Positions 40,804 through 55,500 are shown, counted from the stretch's first letter. The stretch: 64,000 nucleotides of DNA from Lingula anatina (GCA_051362555.1 CM120643.1:26478848-26542847); one strand, 5' to 3'. Translations and numbers: made by a program. The notes: a model not told the origin generated them from the letters alone.

Positions 40804-42190
40804 AGCTGCAGTTCCCAATGTGCCAAGTCCCTGTTATCAGAACAATAACTTTATTTTGATGAAACCAACAACCATTTTGACAACAACCTCAATTTCTCAG
40901 TCATATATTACCACAACAGCACCTGGTTAACAGACCAAATAACATATTGAAAGGCTTCTCAGATTTTATCAATGGCTTATCGAATACTGTAATAGCTATT
41001 GATCCATCTCTCCCAGTTCCGAGACCTGAACATAAGGCATGCATAATACAACTCTGTTATCTGGGTAATCTCCCAGGAGATTACTGTCACGCTGGTTTAT
41101 CATAAAGAAAAGATTATCAATTTTTAAAATTGACCTTTTCACATAATTTGCGAATGGTGTATTTTTAGAATAGCTTTTGAGACAGGTGTTTGGATTCTCT
41201 GTTTTCTTTCATGAATTAAGTATCAAAGTGTTCTAGAACCATTTTCAAAATCTCAAAGAATGGGAATAATATAATAAAGAGTTGAACAATCACTAATGAG
41301 ATGACTGTAGAATAAACATGAAATCCTAGAAGCCGTCTTACATAATTGCATGTAATATTTAATCTTTTCATGATGAACAGAAATTTGTGCTCCCATATAG
41401 TGTTACACTCAGTGCCATCTTTTGGCAGAATTATGCACTAATCATCATTTCAGCATTTGCCTATTAGCAGGGTGAAGAGGTGGTTAAATCTGGATGGATA
41501 AAAATAAAATAAATAAATAAATAAAGCCAACAAACATTTATACCTACACAAGATTAAGGTGTGAAGCATTGGTTGAATTACCAATTACCCCTTCTTGAGT
41601 CACAATGACTGAAGATTCCAGCGTTGTTCAAATATATATGAGTGGCATCAATGTTAATATGTGGGAATAAAAGGAACTTGGTAAAAAAAAAAAAAAACAT
41701 ATACCTCACATTTTTAATTTTAATAATACTTGACAAAACCTCAAAATAACAGAAAGTAATTCTTCTTCAAATAAACCTCTTTCTCCTATTTTCATTACTA
41801 AAACATTCATAAAATTAAAACTTCATATTCAAACTTTCAGGATTCTGTCAATCTTTTAATAAATCATTTAATTTGTAAAAAAAAAAAAAAAAAACAAAAA
41901 CAAAAACAAAAAAAACATTTTTTCCAAGTTGGGACAAAAAAATTTTTTTTTTTGGTAATTAACATGTTACTGGAAACTTTATGCACAGAATAATAACAAC
42001 ATTCACCCAAATTTCATGCTCCAGCATATTTCAACATCTTTTACTGAAAAACACATATCTTATGGCATAAACAAAAGTTCAGATTTCTCTCTGTTGTTTC
42101 AACACAATGTAAACAGTACCAACTGTTCACAGGGAATCAATTATACTTCATGATTACTTGGGATTACCTAGTACAACTGACTTTATTTAC

Positions 42191-45100
42191 AACAAGGCAG
42201 CAAAGCTGTCAAATGTACAGACAAAAAACAGGAAATAACTATGCACAAAATAGGCTACTGTCAATTCTGATGCAAAAGTACATTATGTTAAACTGCAAAT
42301 TCAACATCAAATTTTAATTATGCTCAACAGGTAATACCAATGTAAGTAAAATGTGTAACAAGTTCACACTTTGTATATGTATAACTTCCAGAAAAAGAAG
42401 CCAATTAGACTGCTTTTCCAACTCAGGCTGCATTTAAGTCCTGTATTTCTTTTATTGAAAGTAAGGCAATCATAAGTAACATGATTTTCCCATAATGGTC
42501 CTCATGGCAGCAGTGCCCAAAATACTTTTTTTCAAATTTTGATGCAATATTACATAATGTTTAACAGCATAATGACCATCAATTTTAATAATAAAATATT
42601 AGTATTATGGATATTCAGAAAATGTGACTAGCAAAGGTCTTCAGGCCCATGGAACTTCAAGTCACAACTTGAAAATGCCAAAATGTAAACAAGACAGCAC
42701 TGTTCTGAAATGTTTTTTTTTTATTTTTTATAATTTTTAACATAACACAAAATTAACAGTTTACTGCCGTTTTTATATGATCAACTAAGAAAATTGATGA
42801 GATGGGGAAAATATCAATAGAGCAGTGTTAAATGTCCAATTTCTTCCATTCTGAGATTCTGAACATAGTGAATGATTGAATCTGACAAACTGCAATGATA
42901 TGAGTTTATTTCCATTTTTGAAACTTTATTACACAATACATGATAACAAGTTTACCATCATTTTTACATAATCAACTAATAATGTTGTAAAGATGCAGGA
43001 AATGCCAAACAAACACTTTTACGTATCTTATTAATTAAATAATGAAACTGTTAACATGCCTAAGAATTGAATCTGAGGAAATGTGAAAAAACGGCATTTT
43101 TTTAAAATAATGGCCCGATTATGCTGTTTTTTTTAACTCAACCTGTGTTTTAGCAGGAATGACCACTCCTGTGAGTTTAATGACAATTGGCCTGTTTTTC
43201 TTATATTGTGTTTACAGTGTTGCATATATGCTGAAAAATGAAAAAACAGCATAACTACTAAAATAGTGGCCCGATCATGCTGATTTTCGAACTTGATCTG
43301 CATTTTATGAATATTCATCAGCTCTGTAAATATACAGTCAAAAAGTAAAATTGCCTTCCACTTATCGTGTTTACAATGAAAGTGCACGGCACCAGCGACA
43401 GTGACGACGGCGACGACAGACGCAGGTGATGGCAATATGTACAGACACATCTGTACATATTTACTGTACTGTTTGAGAACAGTAAGTGACATGGTTTTTC
43501 TTAAATGCTCATCATGGGAGCAGTGCCCAAAATAGATTTTTTTCAAATTTTGATGCAATATTACATAATGTTTAACAGCATAATGACCATCAATTTCTAA
43601 TAATAAAATATTAGTATCATGGATATTCAGAAAATGTGACTAGCAAAGGTCTTCAGGCCCATGGAACTTCAAAGTCACAACTTGAAAATGCCAAAATGTA
43701 AACAAGACAGCACTGTTCTGAAATGTTTTTTTTTTTTCCATTTTTAACAATTTTTTAAACATAAAACAAAATTAACAGGTTACTGCCATTTTTATACGAT
43801 CAACTAAGAAAATTGATGAGATGGGAAAAATATCAATACAACAGTGTTAAATGTCCAATTTCCTCCATTCTGAGATTCTGAACATAGTGAATGATTAAAT
43901 CTGACAAACTGCAATGATATGAGTTTGTTTCCATTTTTGAAACTTTATTACACAATACAAGATAACAAGTTTACCATCATTTTTACATAATCAACTAATA
44001 ATGTTGTAAAGATGCAGGAAATGTCAACCAAACACTTTTACATGTCTTATTAGTTAAATAATAAGACTGTTAACATGCCTAAGAATTGAATCTGAGGAAA
44101 TGTGAAACAAGACAGCACTGTTCTGACATGGGTTTATTTCCATTTTTAACACTTTTTTTAACATAAAACAAAATAAACAGTTTACTGCCATTTTTATAGC
44201 ATCAACTAAGATAATTGATGAGATGGGAAAATATCAATAGAATAGTGTTAAATGTCCAATTTCCTCCATTCTGAGATTCTGAACATAGTGAATGATTGAA
44301 TCTGACAAACTGCAATGATATGAGTTTATTTCCATTTTTGACACTTTATTACACAATACACGATAACAAGTTTACCATCATTTTTACATAATCTACTAAC
44401 AATGTTGTAAAGATGCAGGAAATGTCAAACAAACACTTTAATGTATCTTATTAGTAAAATAATAAGACTGTTAACATGCCTAAGAATTGAATCTGAGGAA
44501 ATGTGAAAAAACAGCATAACTTCTAAAATAATGGCCCGATTATGCTGATTTTCGAACTCAACCTGCGTTTTAGTAAGATTGACCACTCTTGTGAGTTTAA
44601 TGACAATTGGCCCATCTGTTTTTCTTAAATTGTGTTTACAGTGTTGCACATATGCTGAAAAAAGGAAAAAACAGCATAACTACTAAAATAGTGGCCCGAT
44701 CATGCCCATTTTCGGACTTGACCTGCGTTTTAAAAAGATTGATTACTTCTCTGAGTTTCATGACAACAGGCCTAACGGTTTTCCTTAAAATGTGTTTACA
44801 GGGTTGCATATATGCTGAAAAGTGAAAAAACAGCATAACTTCTACAATAATGGCCCGATCATGCTGATTTTCGAACTTGACCTGCGTTTTATGAATATTC
44901 ATCAGCTCTGTAAATATAAAACCAAACAAGGCAGCAAAGCTGTCAAATGTACAGACAAAATAACAGAAAAAAGGATGCAAAAGAGGTCATTTTGCCAATT
45001 TTGATGCAATAATAAACAAGACCGTGGAACTTCAAAGTCACACTTTGAAAATGCCAATATGTGAAACCGTTTAACTGGCAGTAAGAATTACCAAACAGAC

Positions 45101-47367
45101 TGTATTTTAGTCCCATGTTTCTTTCCTGTAAGTTTGAGAACAGTAAGTGACATGGTTTTTCTTAAATGGTCATCATGGGAGCAGTGCCCAAAATAGTTTT
45201 TTTTTTTTAATTTTGATGCAATATTACATAATGTTTAACAGCATAATGACAATCAATTTTAATAATAAAATATTAGTATCATGGGTATTCAGAAAATGTG
45301 ACTAGCAAAGGTCTTCAGGCCCATGGAACTTCAAAGTCACAACTTGAAAATGCCAAAATGTAAACAAAGACAGCACTGTTCTGAAATTTTTTTTTTTCAT
45401 TTTTAACAATTTTTTAACATAAAACAAAATAAACAGTTTACTGCAATTTTTATATGATCAACTAAGAAAATTGATGAGATGGGAAAAATATCAATAGAAT
45501 AGTGTTAAATGTCCAATTTCCTCCATTCTGAGATTCTGAACATAGTTAATGATTGAATCTGACAAACTGCAATGATATGAGTTTATTTCCATTTTTGACA
45601 CTTTATTACACAATACACGATAACAAGTTTACCATCATTTTTAAATAATCAACTTACAATGTTGTAAAGATGCAGGAAATGTCAAACAAACACTTTTATG
45701 TATCTTATTAGTAAAACAATAAGACTGTTAACATGCCTAAGAATTTAATCTGAGGAAATGTGAAAAAACAGCATAACTTCTAAAATAATGGCCCGATTAT
45801 GCTGATTTTCGAACTCAACCTGCGTTTTAGTAAGATTGACCACTCCTGTGAGTTTAATGACAATTGGCCTATCTGTTTTTCTGATATTGTGTTTACAGTG
45901 TTGCATATATGCTGAAAAATGAAAAAACAGCATAACTACTAAAATAGTGGCCCGATCAAGCTGATTTTTGAACTTGACCTGCGTTTTAGTAAGATAGATT
46001 ACTCCTGTGAGTTTCATGACAACAGGCCTATCGGTTTTCCTTGGAATGTGTTTACAGTGTTGCATATATGCTGAAAAGTGAAAAAAAAAGCATAACTTCT
46101 ACAATAATGGCCCGGTCATGCTGATTTTCGAACTTGACCTGCGTTTTATGAATATTCATCAGCTCTGTAAATATAAAGCCCAAAAGTAAAACTGCCTTCC
46201 ACTTATCGTGTTTACAATGAAAGTGCACGGCACCGGCGACGCCGATGACGGCGACGACAGACGCAGGTGATGGCAATATGTACAGACACATCTATATATA
46301 TTTACTGTACTGTTTGAGAACAGTAAGTGACATGGTTTTTCTTAAATGGTCATCATGGGAGCAGTGCCCAAAATAGGTTTTTTTCAAATTTTGATGCAAT
46401 ATTACATAATGTTTAACAGCATAATGACCATCAATTTTTAATAATAAAATATTAGTATCATGGATATTCAGAAAATGTGACTAGCAAAGGTCTTCAGGCC
46501 CATGGAACCTCTAAGTCACAACTTGAAAATGCCAAAATGTAAACAAGACAGCACTGTTCTGAAATGTTTTTTTTTTCCATTTTTAACAATTTTTAACATA
46601 AAACAAAATAAACAGTTTACTGCCATTTTTATATGATCAACTAAGAAAATTGATGAGATGGGAAAAATATCAATAAAGCAGTGTTAAATGTCCAATTTCT
46701 TCCATTCTGAGATTCTGAACATAGTGAATGATTGAATCTGACAAACTGCAATGATATGAGTTTATTTCCATTTTTGACACTTTATTACACAATACATGAT
46801 AACAAGTTTACCATCATTTTTACAAAATCAACTAACAATGTTGTAAAGATGCAGGAAATGTCAAACAAAAACTTTTACGTATCTTATTAGTTTAATAATG
46901 AGACTGTTAACATGCCTACGAATTGAATCTGAGGAAATGTGAAAAATATGCTGAAAAGTGAAAAAACAGCATAACTTCTACAATAATGGCCCGATCATGC
47001 TGATTTTCGAACTTGACCTGCGTTTTATGAATATTCATCAGCTCTGTAAATATAAAGCCAAAAAGTAAAACTGCCTTCCACTTATCGTGTTTACAAGGAA
47101 AGTGCACGGCGACGGCATCGGCATCGGCATCGCCATCGGCATCGCCATCGGCATCGGCATCGGCGACGACAGACGCAGGTGATGGCAATATGTACAGACA
47201 CATCTGTGTCTGTACATAAAAATAAAACTGTGTTCCACTTATCGTGTTTACAGTGAAAGTGCACGGCGACGGCATCGCCATCGGCATCGGCATCGGCATC
47301 GGCATCGGCGACGACAGACGCAGGTGATGGCAATATGTACAGACACATCTGTGTCTGTACATAAAAA
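42191..47367 (+). mobile_element. Large non-autonomous Helentron/HINE-like element with internal tandem modules (contains a nested copy at about 44925-47217)
   Basis: 5' end AACAAGGCAGCAAAGCTGTCAAATGTACAGACA; 3' end (GGCGAC/GGCATC)n followed by hairpin ATGTACAGACAC-atct-GTGTCTGTACAT and an A-run; repeated internal modules of about 150-380 bp; no TSD. Confidence 0.75.
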
Positions 47368-48248
47368 TGTACACCAGTCAAGGTAGAATATGTCCTTAAA
47401 AATTGAACACGAACTAATGGTTTTGCATTCACACATATTTCATTATACATATTGACCTTTGCAATAAAAAATTGATAAATAAATAAATAAATAAATAAAA
47501 CTATTGCACTTAACATACACTTTGTGCACATTCACTTTATTATATTAATTATCCACTTAGAAGACCTGGAAGCTTTACAATGCTATGGCCTGGAAGCCAT
47601 AGTTAATTATGCCAGACTGAGCCCGTGTCGTCACCAGCACTTGAGACATTTACAACATCAACCTACATTCAGCCACACCAAGAAAAGGAACTTAAGAATT
47701 CATACAAAGCAAATAATTCAGTAGAAAACATTGGACTTCACAAAACAAAGAAAAAAAATCAATTTAGTTCAATATAAATGCATAAATTAAAAAAGAAAAT
47801 CCAAAGGCCTCAAATTCCCTTACAATAAGGAATGAGAATACCCCACAATCAAGTTACCACTGATAGTTACATCCCAATGTACAACCATAGCCATTTATAT
47901 TCAATCAGTTCAGTTTGGTTGGATAATATTAATAAATAGTTCTTTGAGGTACCTCACTTTCAGTAAGCATCTGCTTTTAATGGAAATGCTTTTAAACTTT
48001 AAGTATTAATTAATTTTTAATTGATTTTTTTCTTTAAAGAATTAATTTTTACCATGGTCATGTTTTTTGCTCATTTTGTGCTGTAATCATCCTTAAATAA
48101 ATAAATAAATAAATACGTAAATAAATAAATAAATAAATAAATAGTTTAAAGTGGTTGTAAAAATAAATGTTATAGCGGGACTCCAATCACAGAATATTAT
48201 AAAAACTGGTGCTATACTTTATCTATTTTTATAAACCACCAAATGGTG

Positions 48249-48408
48249 CTATACTTTATCTATTTTTAACTGTCTTGCAGTTTCTTTTCTTCTGGTAGTT
48301 TTCTTGGCCATCCTATGTTTTTCTTGAGTGTCTCTAAATATCTCTAGCAGTTTCTTAAAGTCTATACTTTTCGTTGTTTTCTTTGATTTTGTTCCACTTA
48401 TGGTTTTT
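48249..48408 (-). CDS. VAC14: VAC14 last coding exon
   Basis: [36 protein letters not shown]...KIDKV* (compare human SIDYAELLQHFEKVQNKH); phase matches the previous exon. Confidence 0.88.
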
Positions 48409-49517
48409 CTAAAACAGAAACAATAATTTACATGCAGTAACAATGTTCAAACAAATACTTTTGCATAAAATGCATAAAGATACTTGAGATTTTCTAATAA
48501 AATCTTTATTATACCAAACATACAAACACATAAATAACATTTACAACAACAACATATATATTATATTAACATATAAATTAATATTTTAATAAGAAATAGA
48601 CTTTATACCCACTTTTCCACCTGGTACTGAAAGCTGGGCACACACTCCAGGCGATGGCGTAGCGTTCTGAAGGCGTCCCCCTGCGGCAGAAGCATTAACA
48701 GGGCATACAAACTTGTGATCAGAGACTGGTTGAGTTGAGGGTCTAACAACTGGAGGCGAAGGTCTGCAAATAATGATAATAATAATAATAATACTAATGA
48801 TAAAAAAACTATCTCTAAGTGACAGTAACATCGGCAGGACTTATAGACTGAGAATCGAGCACCAGATTTAGTTGAGTTGTTTACATAATTAACATCTGGA
48901 GTCAAAGAACTACAAGAAGGGATCACATATGATAAATTTTCACTTTTGATCCATCAAAAATGGACTTTTACACCTTTTTTAATACACCTGAAAGAAACTG
49001 CAAGTGTTTAACCAGTTTGAAGTATACTTACATGTAAATATTGGGGATTCAATTAATTGCACCAGTTTGTCAATTTCTGCCAGGAATTCCACCGTCACCT
49101 CCACATCACCACTTTAAATAGAGTTAAGGAATATATAAATCCTAAACAGCAATTTTCCCCTTTCAATCCTCTCTCTTTTGCCCATGAAATCAACAACTTA
49201 TGTCCTTAACTTATTGCACACAAAACTAAAATTACAAATAAATTGCACTGAGCAAAGAGAAATAATTTAACAAGAAATAGACTTATTTTTAAAAACTCTT
49301 ATAAATGGAAACTGTTACATGGTGGTGAATAAATATCATTAGTATCCTGACATAGATTTCATAAAAAAATCTTCAAAGGCAAGGATACAACAGTAGAAGT
49401 ACATTTGAGGCATGTTCATAGTTCTGTGTCAGGAAGCACAGTGAGACAGTGGCAACAGGGCTATGGCACCATGTGTGATACAGACAGCAGAACAGGGAAC
49501 AACTCTCCTGGAAAATA

Positions 49518-49552
<35 letters not shown>

Positions 49553-52500
49553 CATTAATAAAAATTGTTTATATTTCCTGTAATAGCAAAGAAAGGTGAT
49601 AAAATGATATAAATAGCAAAAGGGGAATGACTTCAGGGATTAGACTGCCATTTAGTGACAAAGTAAAAAAAAATATGATGTGGGTCTAGGAGTTCGGGGA
49701 GGCTAATATTTTTGACTCTCAAAAAGTGGGAATTCTGCCAATAGTCAGAAAAATCTCATCCCTGCAATTTTCTAGGACAGAAAAATTACAGACTCAAATA
49801 ACTGTTTTGAGTTATGTGGATGACAGGCAGACAGAAAGACAGACAGACAAACAAACAAACAAACAAACAAACAGGGGTGAAAACATAACTTCCTTGGAGG
49901 AGATAAATATTCAGAATGACAGAATGAATAGGGAAAAACTTTCCAAGAAGAAATGCAGAAAGAAAATGAGTTTATCACAGCTGATGGATTTCAAAAACTG
50001 AATTAACAAACAATCCACATACTTCATTTTTTAAATCCTTGAGTAAATTCCTCAGATCAAAAAGCTCTGTTGAGGTAAGTAAGATGATGTTCAGTGTCTG
50101 CACCATGTGACAAGCAAAGCGGAGATCATTCTCGTGAAGAAGAATCTCGGAGAAACTTCTGTAGATGGCCTCTGCATTCAACATCAGACACAGCTGCCTG
50201 AAAGAGCAAAATACTATTTAATAAAACTCCATTACTTTGAAGGAAGTATCTACTGAGTGATGAAAAATTAAACAAGACTGTAAACTGAGTACTGGCTGAC
50301 AACCAACAGGTTGGTGACTAAAGTCATTGAGAGAGATATATGCAAATGAACAATTCCTGAGCTATGCAAGAAGTATAATGCAACAACTTTATTAATTAAA
50401 TTAAATTATTTGATTTATATGTATGTTTAGGTTCCTGTACTTGGTGTAGACGAAATATTGAATTAAAAAGGTTCTGTGTATCACTAAAGCAAAAAAATTT
50501 TTCTACAACTTTGCCTTAAAATCATCATGCACATACACAAAACAATTACAACCTACGCGTCTCAAAACATGAGACAACTTTTCAACTGCACACGTACTAC
50601 AAATCTTCACAACCTTATAATAAATGACCCCCTGTCCTCTAGCAGCTGCTTGTCCTTGTTGAAAGAGTCCAGCAAAATGACCATAAATTTCACAAAGTAA
50701 GCACTCAGTCCCGTGGGTTTGGTCACCTTGGCCTGGCTGGGCAGTCCCATCTCTTCGTAGTTCAGCGTGATATTATTACCCGCGGGGTTGGAGGAAACTT
50801 CGGTCAGGACCTCTAGGTCCAGCAGGACAACCTGGAAGGAGATTTCAGACAATTAGGCTTCGTTCACATGGAAAGTCTATTTTCTAAAAAATCTATTTTT
50901 TATTCGCGGTATATCTTGTGATCACGGTCTGTGCCCTGAATGTCCCGCGGCGTAATTACTGGCAGCGCGAGCCAGTTACTATAAGTTACTATAAGAAACT
51001 GGCTCGCGCTGCCAGTAATTACGCTGCGGGATATTCAGGGCACAGACCGTGATCATAAGATACCGCGAACAGAAAATAGATTTTTAGAAAATAGACTTTC
51101 CATGTGAACGAAGCCTTAAAGACATAAGCAATGAGATACACTGACATATCATTTTAATAAGCTTGAGACAGTTAAGAGCTAGAAAAAATAAAAACAAGAC
51201 TTGGGTGTTATGTTTGACATGCTAATGTGTCTTTAAACATAAAACTTGGTAAGAAATGAGTCACGGATCATGGTTTTAGTTACCAGGTTTAAATTAATTA
51301 ACTTCACTTGAGATAACTATATATACTGTATAGTGTAACTGAAGTTGAGAATTGAAGTACATAAACTTGGGAAAATTTAGTTAATGTTTATGATAAAAAC
51401 AACAGCTTACCTCATCTGATGGATCAGACAGTGTTTTCATCAGCAATGGAAAGAAGTCATCCACAAAGCAAAACATCTGTAATGATGATGTTATAGTATA
51501 CAGATAAAACATTTACTAAACTACACAAATTTAGACAATATGCATATTTATTTAATTCATATGCACCCTTGTTATTGTTAACTTCTTTTTTTATGCTGGA
51601 CAGTGAATTTGTAGCACATTTCATGTACCCTGTATGATGACCATGCCTATTCTAGTCAAACTTACAAAATCAAAATTTATTACTTTAACATCATCACTGC
51701 TTGCTAACTCAAAAACCAAAAGCTTCAAAAACTGAAAACCTTAAGACTAATACCTTCTCTGGTGTTTTCTGCAGGAGGTGATAAATCCAACGTAGCGAAG
51801 CCTCTCTGGTGGCTATGGCCTCATGGGACAGATACTTCATCAGCACTCGGACCACGGCGCCGACGTCCAGCAAGAGGTCATCACTGACACCCTGAACCTT
51901 ACTGAATGTGAACACACTATTCAGAGAGGGTGGGGCAGAGAGGGAGGAGAAGCAGAGATCATGTTAGAAATCAAATGCATAATTATATAGAAAAAATCAG
52001 CACCCTGTGTTACAGAGTTTAATTACAAGGGATGAAACTGTCATTTAGTGACAATGTGGTGAGGGGTTCAGGGGGCCACCTCAGCCAATGATATTTTTGG
52101 CTCCCAAAGAGTCAGAAATCCACGACAGTTGGAAAAATTTCACCCCTGAATAACCTGTGCAATTCAAAGTATTACTGGAAAGTACTCTCTATATTTAATT
52201 GTGTCTGCAATTTCCAGTAACACCCAGGGTTTCGGAAACCACTACCTCTGGCGTTACCCATAATTCCCAAAGCAAAATGGTGTTGCTGCTGGGTGAGGAC
52301 AATGACTGCATGGTTATCATCTGTGCTTTTTTTCTTATCTTTTGGATAAAAACATGTACAAATCTTAGATAATTATCTCAGGGTGAAAGGTTCATCGTGA
52401 ATCAGAAATAGTGACAGGCTGCCAACAATAAGGGTTCAAAATATCATCTGATTAAGGGTTTAAAAAGCAGATTACATATAAAGTTAATGCTGCATGAAAG

Positions 52501-55500
52501 CAACAATTGCATTTATTGTGATAATAATTCATAGTATTGTAAGCTAGGGCACAGTATCACACAGAATGGTAATAAAAGCAATTTTCCAAATTACAGTTTT
52601 AGCAAAATATCTATATAAGAAACTGCATTTTACTGCAATTATCACATTGAAACAAAAAGTACAGTAATAAATGGATACAGCAACATGATGGACAAACATT
52701 TCCAAAATATCAAACAAACATTAGAGATACAATATCTTCAATTATTTGATCTGACTCCTTAATCCAAGTTCTTACCCAGTTCTTGTGGCCACTTTTGTAG
52801 CAGCAGACTCTGTTTCAGACTTTGTTCCCTCTTTCACTTCATCTTTTCCGCCCGTGGAATGCACTTTTTGCTCTGCGGACTGGGCTCCCGCGTCAGCCTC
52901 TGCAGCTATCAAACTGATCATGTTGGAGTTGACAATCTTTGCAACTTCTAGGGTATGTATTTTAGTTAAGAAAAAACATTTTCTTGTACAAAAATGAGTA
53001 TGAGAAAGACAATTAAAGTGTACCACATAATAAAGTGTATTCACTAGTAATAACGTTAAGACTCTTTATCATTGAGCAACTACTTTGAGAAAATCAACTC
53101 CAAAGGAAACAAGGCAGCAAAGCTGTCAAATGTACAGACAAAAAACAGAAAACAAAGATGCAAAATAGGTCATTTTGTCAATTTTGATGCAATAATAAAT
53201 AATGCTTATAATAGCACTGTCAGTCAACACTGAATTTTAATCATGCACAACAGGTAAAATGGTCAATAACATGAGCGGACCCAGAGATATTTTCTGACAG
53301 TATTCCAAAGTATCTATTTTGATCCATCCTCCATTTTGATGGTCTTCCAACAGAAGAAAAAATAGATACCAGGCAATATAAACTTAATAACCTGACTGTC
53401 TTCCAGAAGACCCAGAAGATGGTCTCAATCTACCCTTTCAATAAGAATACAGTTTCAGGACCATGAGTTCAAATTCACATGATGAAAGTCTCAATATTTG
53501 AAAAATGATGACAGTGCATAAAACAATATTACATAAGTAACATAATGTTCAAAGACATAAAAAACAATACAACTGCTTATGTGGAAATACAGAAATGTCA
53601 GAGCCTCAGGTGGATGAGAGTTAAAAGTCACAAATGCAAGTGTTTGAGAAAAAATTATAAAGGAAAACATAACAAAACTAGAAAAGCGCTCCGAGAGTGC
53701 AGACCTCTGCCAAGGTAGCAATTGTTGATTATTATTGATTATTGTCCTCTTTGGCCCACTTCTGACAGTTCCTGAAAATTTCAGCAAAATCGGTCCATAA
53801 CTTTTTGAGTTATGTTGATGACAAACAGGGGTGAAAATATAACCTCCTTGGCAGAGGTAAATATAATTCCAATGAAGCTGCTATTCAAACTTTTAATCTT
53901 TGAGTTTGATATATATATATATTAAAAGCTTATTTGCAATATTAAACAAAATTCACCTGCATAATTATCACTGCTTCCTTATTATTAATCTAGCAGAGAG
54001 CTTAACCTATGGGAGTTTACAGGGAAATATCAACAAGTGTGCTTTATGTAATCTCATTTAATGGCCCATTAATTAGGCAAATTACTTTATAACACTGAAA
54101 TTAGCTAAGTGATACCCAAGGGAAATTTACAGACTGACCCTCTCAAAGGTCTTTCAGGCCCATAAGTCACAACTTAAGAAAAGCACAAAACAATAATGCA
54201 CAAAATAGGAGACTACCAATTCTGATGCAATAATACATTATGTTTAACTGCACAGTCAACATCAAATTTTAATTATGCACAACAGGTAACACCAACGAAA
54301 GTAAAAGCATAAGGCTTCAGGCCCATCAGAGTTCAAGTTTATACTTAGAAAGTGCCAGAATGAGAAAAATGAAATTTCACACAAAATTGCATAAAATTCA
54401 ATAATAAATGATAACCCAATTGACCTGGCTTTCTAATTTGAACTGCATGCCGATCCTAAAAATCATACTTGTATGTTAAAAATAATAATAAGTAGCACAG
54501 TTTTCTTTTCATAATATTTGCAGTAGCAGTGCAAAAAGATTTTTGTCAATTTTGATGTAACATTACATAATAAATTATAGAATAATTATCACCAATTTTT
54601 GATTATTGACTATAATTAGCAAGGACATGTAGAAAATTTGATTACCATTCGGCTTCATGTCCATGGGAGTTCTGAGTCCCACAATGAATATGCCAAAAAG
54701 ATAATAATGAATATTTCACTAAAATGTATAACTTCCAGAAAAAGAAGCTAATTAGACTGCTTTTCCAACTCAGGCTGCATTTTAGTCCTGTGTTTCTTTT
54801 ATGAAAGTTTGACAGTCATAAGTAACATGGTTTTCCCATAATGGTCATCATGGAAGCAACACCAAAAATTGTGTTTTCTTCTATTTTGATGCAACATTAC
54901 ATAATGTTTAACAGCATAATGACCATCAATTTTTAATAATAAAATATTAGTATCATGGATATTCAGAAAATGTGACTAGCAAAGGTCTTCAAGCCCGTGG
55001 AAGTTCTAAGTCACACCTTGAAAATGCCAATAAGTGAAAAATTAAATTTTCACAAAAAAACTGTTTAATTGCCAGAAAAATTTACCAAACAGACTGCATT
55101 GCCTACTGAAGCTATATTTTAGTCCCATGTTTCTTTCCTGTAAGTTTGAGAACAGTGAGTGACATGATTTTCTTTAAATGGTCATCATGGGAGCAGTGCC
55201 CAAAATAGGGGTTTCCTCAAATTTTGATACAATATTACATAATGTTTAACAGCATAATGACCATCAATTTTTAATAATAAAATATTACTATCATAGATAT
55301 TCAGAAAATGTGACTAGCAAAGGTCTTCAGGACCATGGAACTTCAAAGTCACATCTTGAAAATGCCAAAATGTAAACAAGACAGCACTGTTCTGAAATGG
55401 GTTTATTTCCATTTTTAACACTTTTTTAACATAAAACAAAATTAACTGTTAACTGCCATTTTTATATGACCAACTAAGAAAATTGATGAGATGGGAAAAT

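Noticed and set aside
41065-41084. Palindrome GTAATCTCC-CA-GGAGATTAC; likewise AGGCGTAAT...ATTACGCCT at 25031-25061
   Set aside because: Isolated 9-bp stems, possibly chance or MITE relics; no further support
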